Assembly (NCBI GenBank): GCA_031409655.1
Contig: JANNXQ010000247.1
Coordinates: 1 to 29,264, forward strand
Reading direction: 5' to 3'
DNA: 29,264 bases
DNA from: Chthoniobacteraceae bacterium
GTDB taxonomy: Bacteria > Verrucomicrobiota > Verrucomicrobiia > Chthoniobacterales > Chthoniobacteraceae
A program made the translations under genes and the position numbers. Under the pieces are notes generated by a model that was not told the origin of the DNA, ran no database searches, and was given only the letters and a program-made list of their open reading frames with translations. Of the stretch, positions 27,029 to 29,264 are shown one piece after another (position 1 is the first letter of the stretch; each line of letters opens with the position of its first letter).

Positions 27029-27667
27029 ATGAAATCCAAACTCCTCCTCTTCACCACCCTCAGCCTCACCGCATCCGTCGCTTCCTGCCTGGCCGAAAAA
27101 GCCGCGGATCTGAAACCCACCCTGGTCAAGCCCGGCAAAGTGATCGTCGGGGACGGCTTTGACGCTGCCGCGCTCGGCAAAAACTGGAGTGCCGCAAAAG
27201 GCGACTGGCAGCCCCGCGAAGGAACGCTGGTCGGGAAGGAAAAGAAGGAGGACAAACATGCGGCAGTGCTCATGCTCGCGCAGCCAAATCGGAACTCGGT
27301 CATCCGCTTTGCCTTCAAACTCGATGGCGTAAAGTCGATGGCCTTGAGCTTGAACTCCGCGAAAGGTCATCTCTTCCGCGTCACCATCCAGCCTGAGTCC
27401 CTGTCCCTGAACAAAGACAAGGATAAGAAGGATCCAGCCTCAAAGACGGAAGTGCTCGGCAAGGCCGCGGCGAAATTTGGCGACGGCCAGTGGCACACGC
27501 TCCTCCTGGAGATGCAGGGCGCGAACGTTGCCGTGCAGACCGACAACGGCGTGAAGCTCACGGCGACAAATGCCGGACTCGATGTGGACAAGACGGGTTA
27601 CCGCATTGTTACCGCGGGGGAGTCGCTGCTCGTGGACGACGTGAAAGTGTGGGAAGCGCTTCCGTGA
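27029..27667 (+). CDS. Secreted ConA-like/DUF1080-like jelly-roll protein
   Basis: ATG at 27029 with signal MKSKLLLFTTLSLTASVASCLA; GDWQPREGTLVG, DGQWHTLLLEMQG and VDDVKVWE. Confidence 0.65.
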   Translation: MKSKLLLFTTLSLTASVASCLAEKAADLKPTLVKPGKVIVGDGFDAAALGKNWSAAKGDWQPREGTLVGKEKKEDKHAAVLMLAQPNRNSVIRFAFKLDGVKSMALSLNSAKGHLFRVTIQPESLSLNKDKDKKDPASKTEVLGKAAAKFGDGQWHTLLLEMQGANVAVQTDNGVKLTATNAGLDVDKTGYRIVTAGESLLVDDVKVWEALP

Positions 27668-27750
27668 TGGTAACTCCGCCGGGGCGCGGCGGCGCTCCGT
27701 GACGGCCGCGCGCCCGAATCAATGGCGAGGGATGGGTGATCGCGGAGGGT

Positions 27751-28602
27751 TCACGGATGCAATTCGTTGATGCCCTTCGGCAGCGCGAAGATTTGTTTTA
27801 CTTCCGCGTCGCACAAGGCGCGGTTGAAGACGGCGAGGTCATCCATGTGACCGACAAACGCTGCGCCCAGCACCAGGAGCACCTGCGCCGGATCCCAACC
27901 GAGCGTGAGGTCCCAGTTCTCGATCCGGCCTTGGAGTTCGCCATTGAGATACAGCCGCCCGACCGACTGCTTGTTCTTGTCGTTGAGATTTTCAAACGAG
28001 AACACGACCTGCGTCCACGCAGCGTGCGAAAACGGGGCGCGCTCGACTTGCACCATCGGGCGTTTCGCGGTCGGGATGTCCGCCCACTGGACGTTGTCGG
28101 GATTCCAGATGTGCAACAACGGCCGGACGGCAAAGCGGAACAGCCGCGGCGTCTCGTCCTTCGACCATTCGAGGAAGATGAAACCCTTCTTCTGGTCTTC
28201 GCCGATGATCTGCACCGGGTCGCAGTAGCCGGGAGCGAGGTCCTTGTCCGGGTCCAGCTTCAGCCACACGGACACCGTCGCGCTCCAGTTCGTGTCGTTG
28301 TAGCCGAGCACGCCATCGCCCTTGAACTGCGGGCGAGTCGTTCCCTTTTTCGGGAAGTGCAGCGCGCCGCCGAAACGTCCCGCATCCCGGACCAGCAGGA
28401 TCTCGTCGTTCAACACCGCCGGCACGGCGAGCTTTCCCTGGCGGATGGAGCAGGCCTTGTCGCCGAGGGAAAAATCCGCGTCGAGTCCAGTGTCGAAAGA
28501 TGCGTGAAAGGTGAGGGCGCGACTCAGGTCATCGGCCTGCGAATCGCTCGCCAACGGGAGCAGCGTGGCCATCAGGAATGGGCGGAGCCAGAGACGTTTC
28601 AT
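27751..28602 (-). CDS. Secreted LamG/concanavalin A-like domain protein
   Basis: Signal peptide; FHASFD, GRFGGAL, TVSVWLK, WTQVVFSF, LYLNGELQG and GHMDDLAVFNRAL. Confidence 0.85.
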   Translation of the reverse strand: MKRLWLRPFLMATLLPLASDSQADDLSRALTFHASFDTGLDADFSLGDKACSIRQGKLAVPAVLNDEILLVRDAGRFGGALHFPKKGTTRPQFKGDGVLGYNDTNWSATVSVWLKLDPDKDLAPGYCDPVQIIGEDQKKGFIFLEWSKDETPRLFRFAVRPLLHIWNPDNVQWADIPTAKRPMVQVERAPFSHAAWTQVVFSFENLNDKNKQSVGRLYLNGELQGRIENWDLTLGWDPAQVLLVLGAAFVGHMDDLAVFNRALCDAEVKQIFALPKGINELHP

Positions 28603-28789
28603 GGTGGGTGGGTCAGGGGTTCAGACGGGTCATATCAGCCGTGACCATGTCTTTGCCATCCTCCGCATCGTGCGATGCAAAGCGATACTTTGACTCTCAC
28701 TGACCATCCGCCGCATCCTGCCCCCCAGCTTCCTGCTTTGGCGAGGCGGTACTATGCTTCACTGACTGCGTAGCTTTTGAGTTCACGAC

Positions 28790-29263
28790 TTATTCCTCCA
28801 AGCCGTAGCTCTTCATCCACCATACCAGACGTTCGGCGTCGGTGGGCTCAGGCTTTTGCGTGCGCGCCTTCCACGCGCGCTGATAGTCGGCGCGTTTGTC
28901 TTTTTGGATCTGGGCCATCGGCGGCTCCGTGGCCGGATCCCCGGAGGCGCCGCGATCCTTACTGCCCCTGATCCAGGCGGCGAGTTGCTGACGCAGCGCG
29001 GCGACGGTCGCGGCATGTTCGGGATTCTGCGCGACATCGTGCAGACCCTGCGGATCCGTCTTCAGGTCATAAAACTCGATCTCCGGTCGAGTCGGAGCCA
29101 GCCACCGAGCTTGCAATGAATCGAGGCCACCGGACGCTTGCCGCACCCGCAGCAGCGGCATTTCGGGATAGCTGGTTTCTTTGTAACTCGACCAATTGAG
29201 TCGCGAGAGATCGGGGTTGAAACTCTGCACGAGCCACGAGTCCTGGCTGATCACCGCGCGGAT
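28790..29263 (-). CDS. Sulfatase C-terminal part (5' end outside the window)
   Basis: IRAV...RPEIEFYDLKTDPQGLHDVAQNPEHAATVAALRQQLAAW; frame is open to the window end. Confidence 0.8.
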   Translation of the reverse strand: MRAVISQDSWLVQSFNPDLSRLNWSSYKETSYPEMPLLRVRQASGGLDSLQARWLAPTRPEIEFYDLKTDPQGLHDVAQNPEHAATVAALRQQLAAWIRGSKDRGASGDPATEPPMAQIQKDKRADYQRAWKARTQKPEPTDAERLVWWMKSYGLEE

Positions 29264-29264
29264 G

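Overview
GC-rich bacterial window whose gene content points to Verrucomicrobiota (Chthoniobacter-like); this lineage call is inferred. From left to right: the 3' end of a type I R-M methyltransferase (hsdM); a serine hydrolase/NamZ fusion; a four-gene Verru_Chthon pilin-like cassette (transcribed D-B-C-A); plant-plastid-like leuD and leuC split by an SH3 lipoprotein; an 8-gene minus-strand operon (large TPR, small TPR, ExbB, ExbD, ExbD, then three paralogues); a SRAP-like ORF; a decayed MNT-HEPN toxin-antitoxin pair; a sulfatase; a monoheme cytochrome-beta-barrel fusion with Cyc2-like architecture; a GlnD-like protein lacking the HD motif; two secreted jelly-roll proteins; and a partial sulfatase. 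The best candidate for an undescribed system is the operon. Its three paralogues share a 326-bp, about 95-96% identical N-terminal module carrying a TonB/TolA-type SxxxH membrane anchor, but they end in different domains (vWA, vWA, PA14) and none has a TonB_C domain. This looks like an ExbBD motor with interchangeable effector heads. Several palindromic and heptamer repeats are also present, one of them in-frame inside a signal peptide. All calls were made by eye from motifs; no database searches were run.
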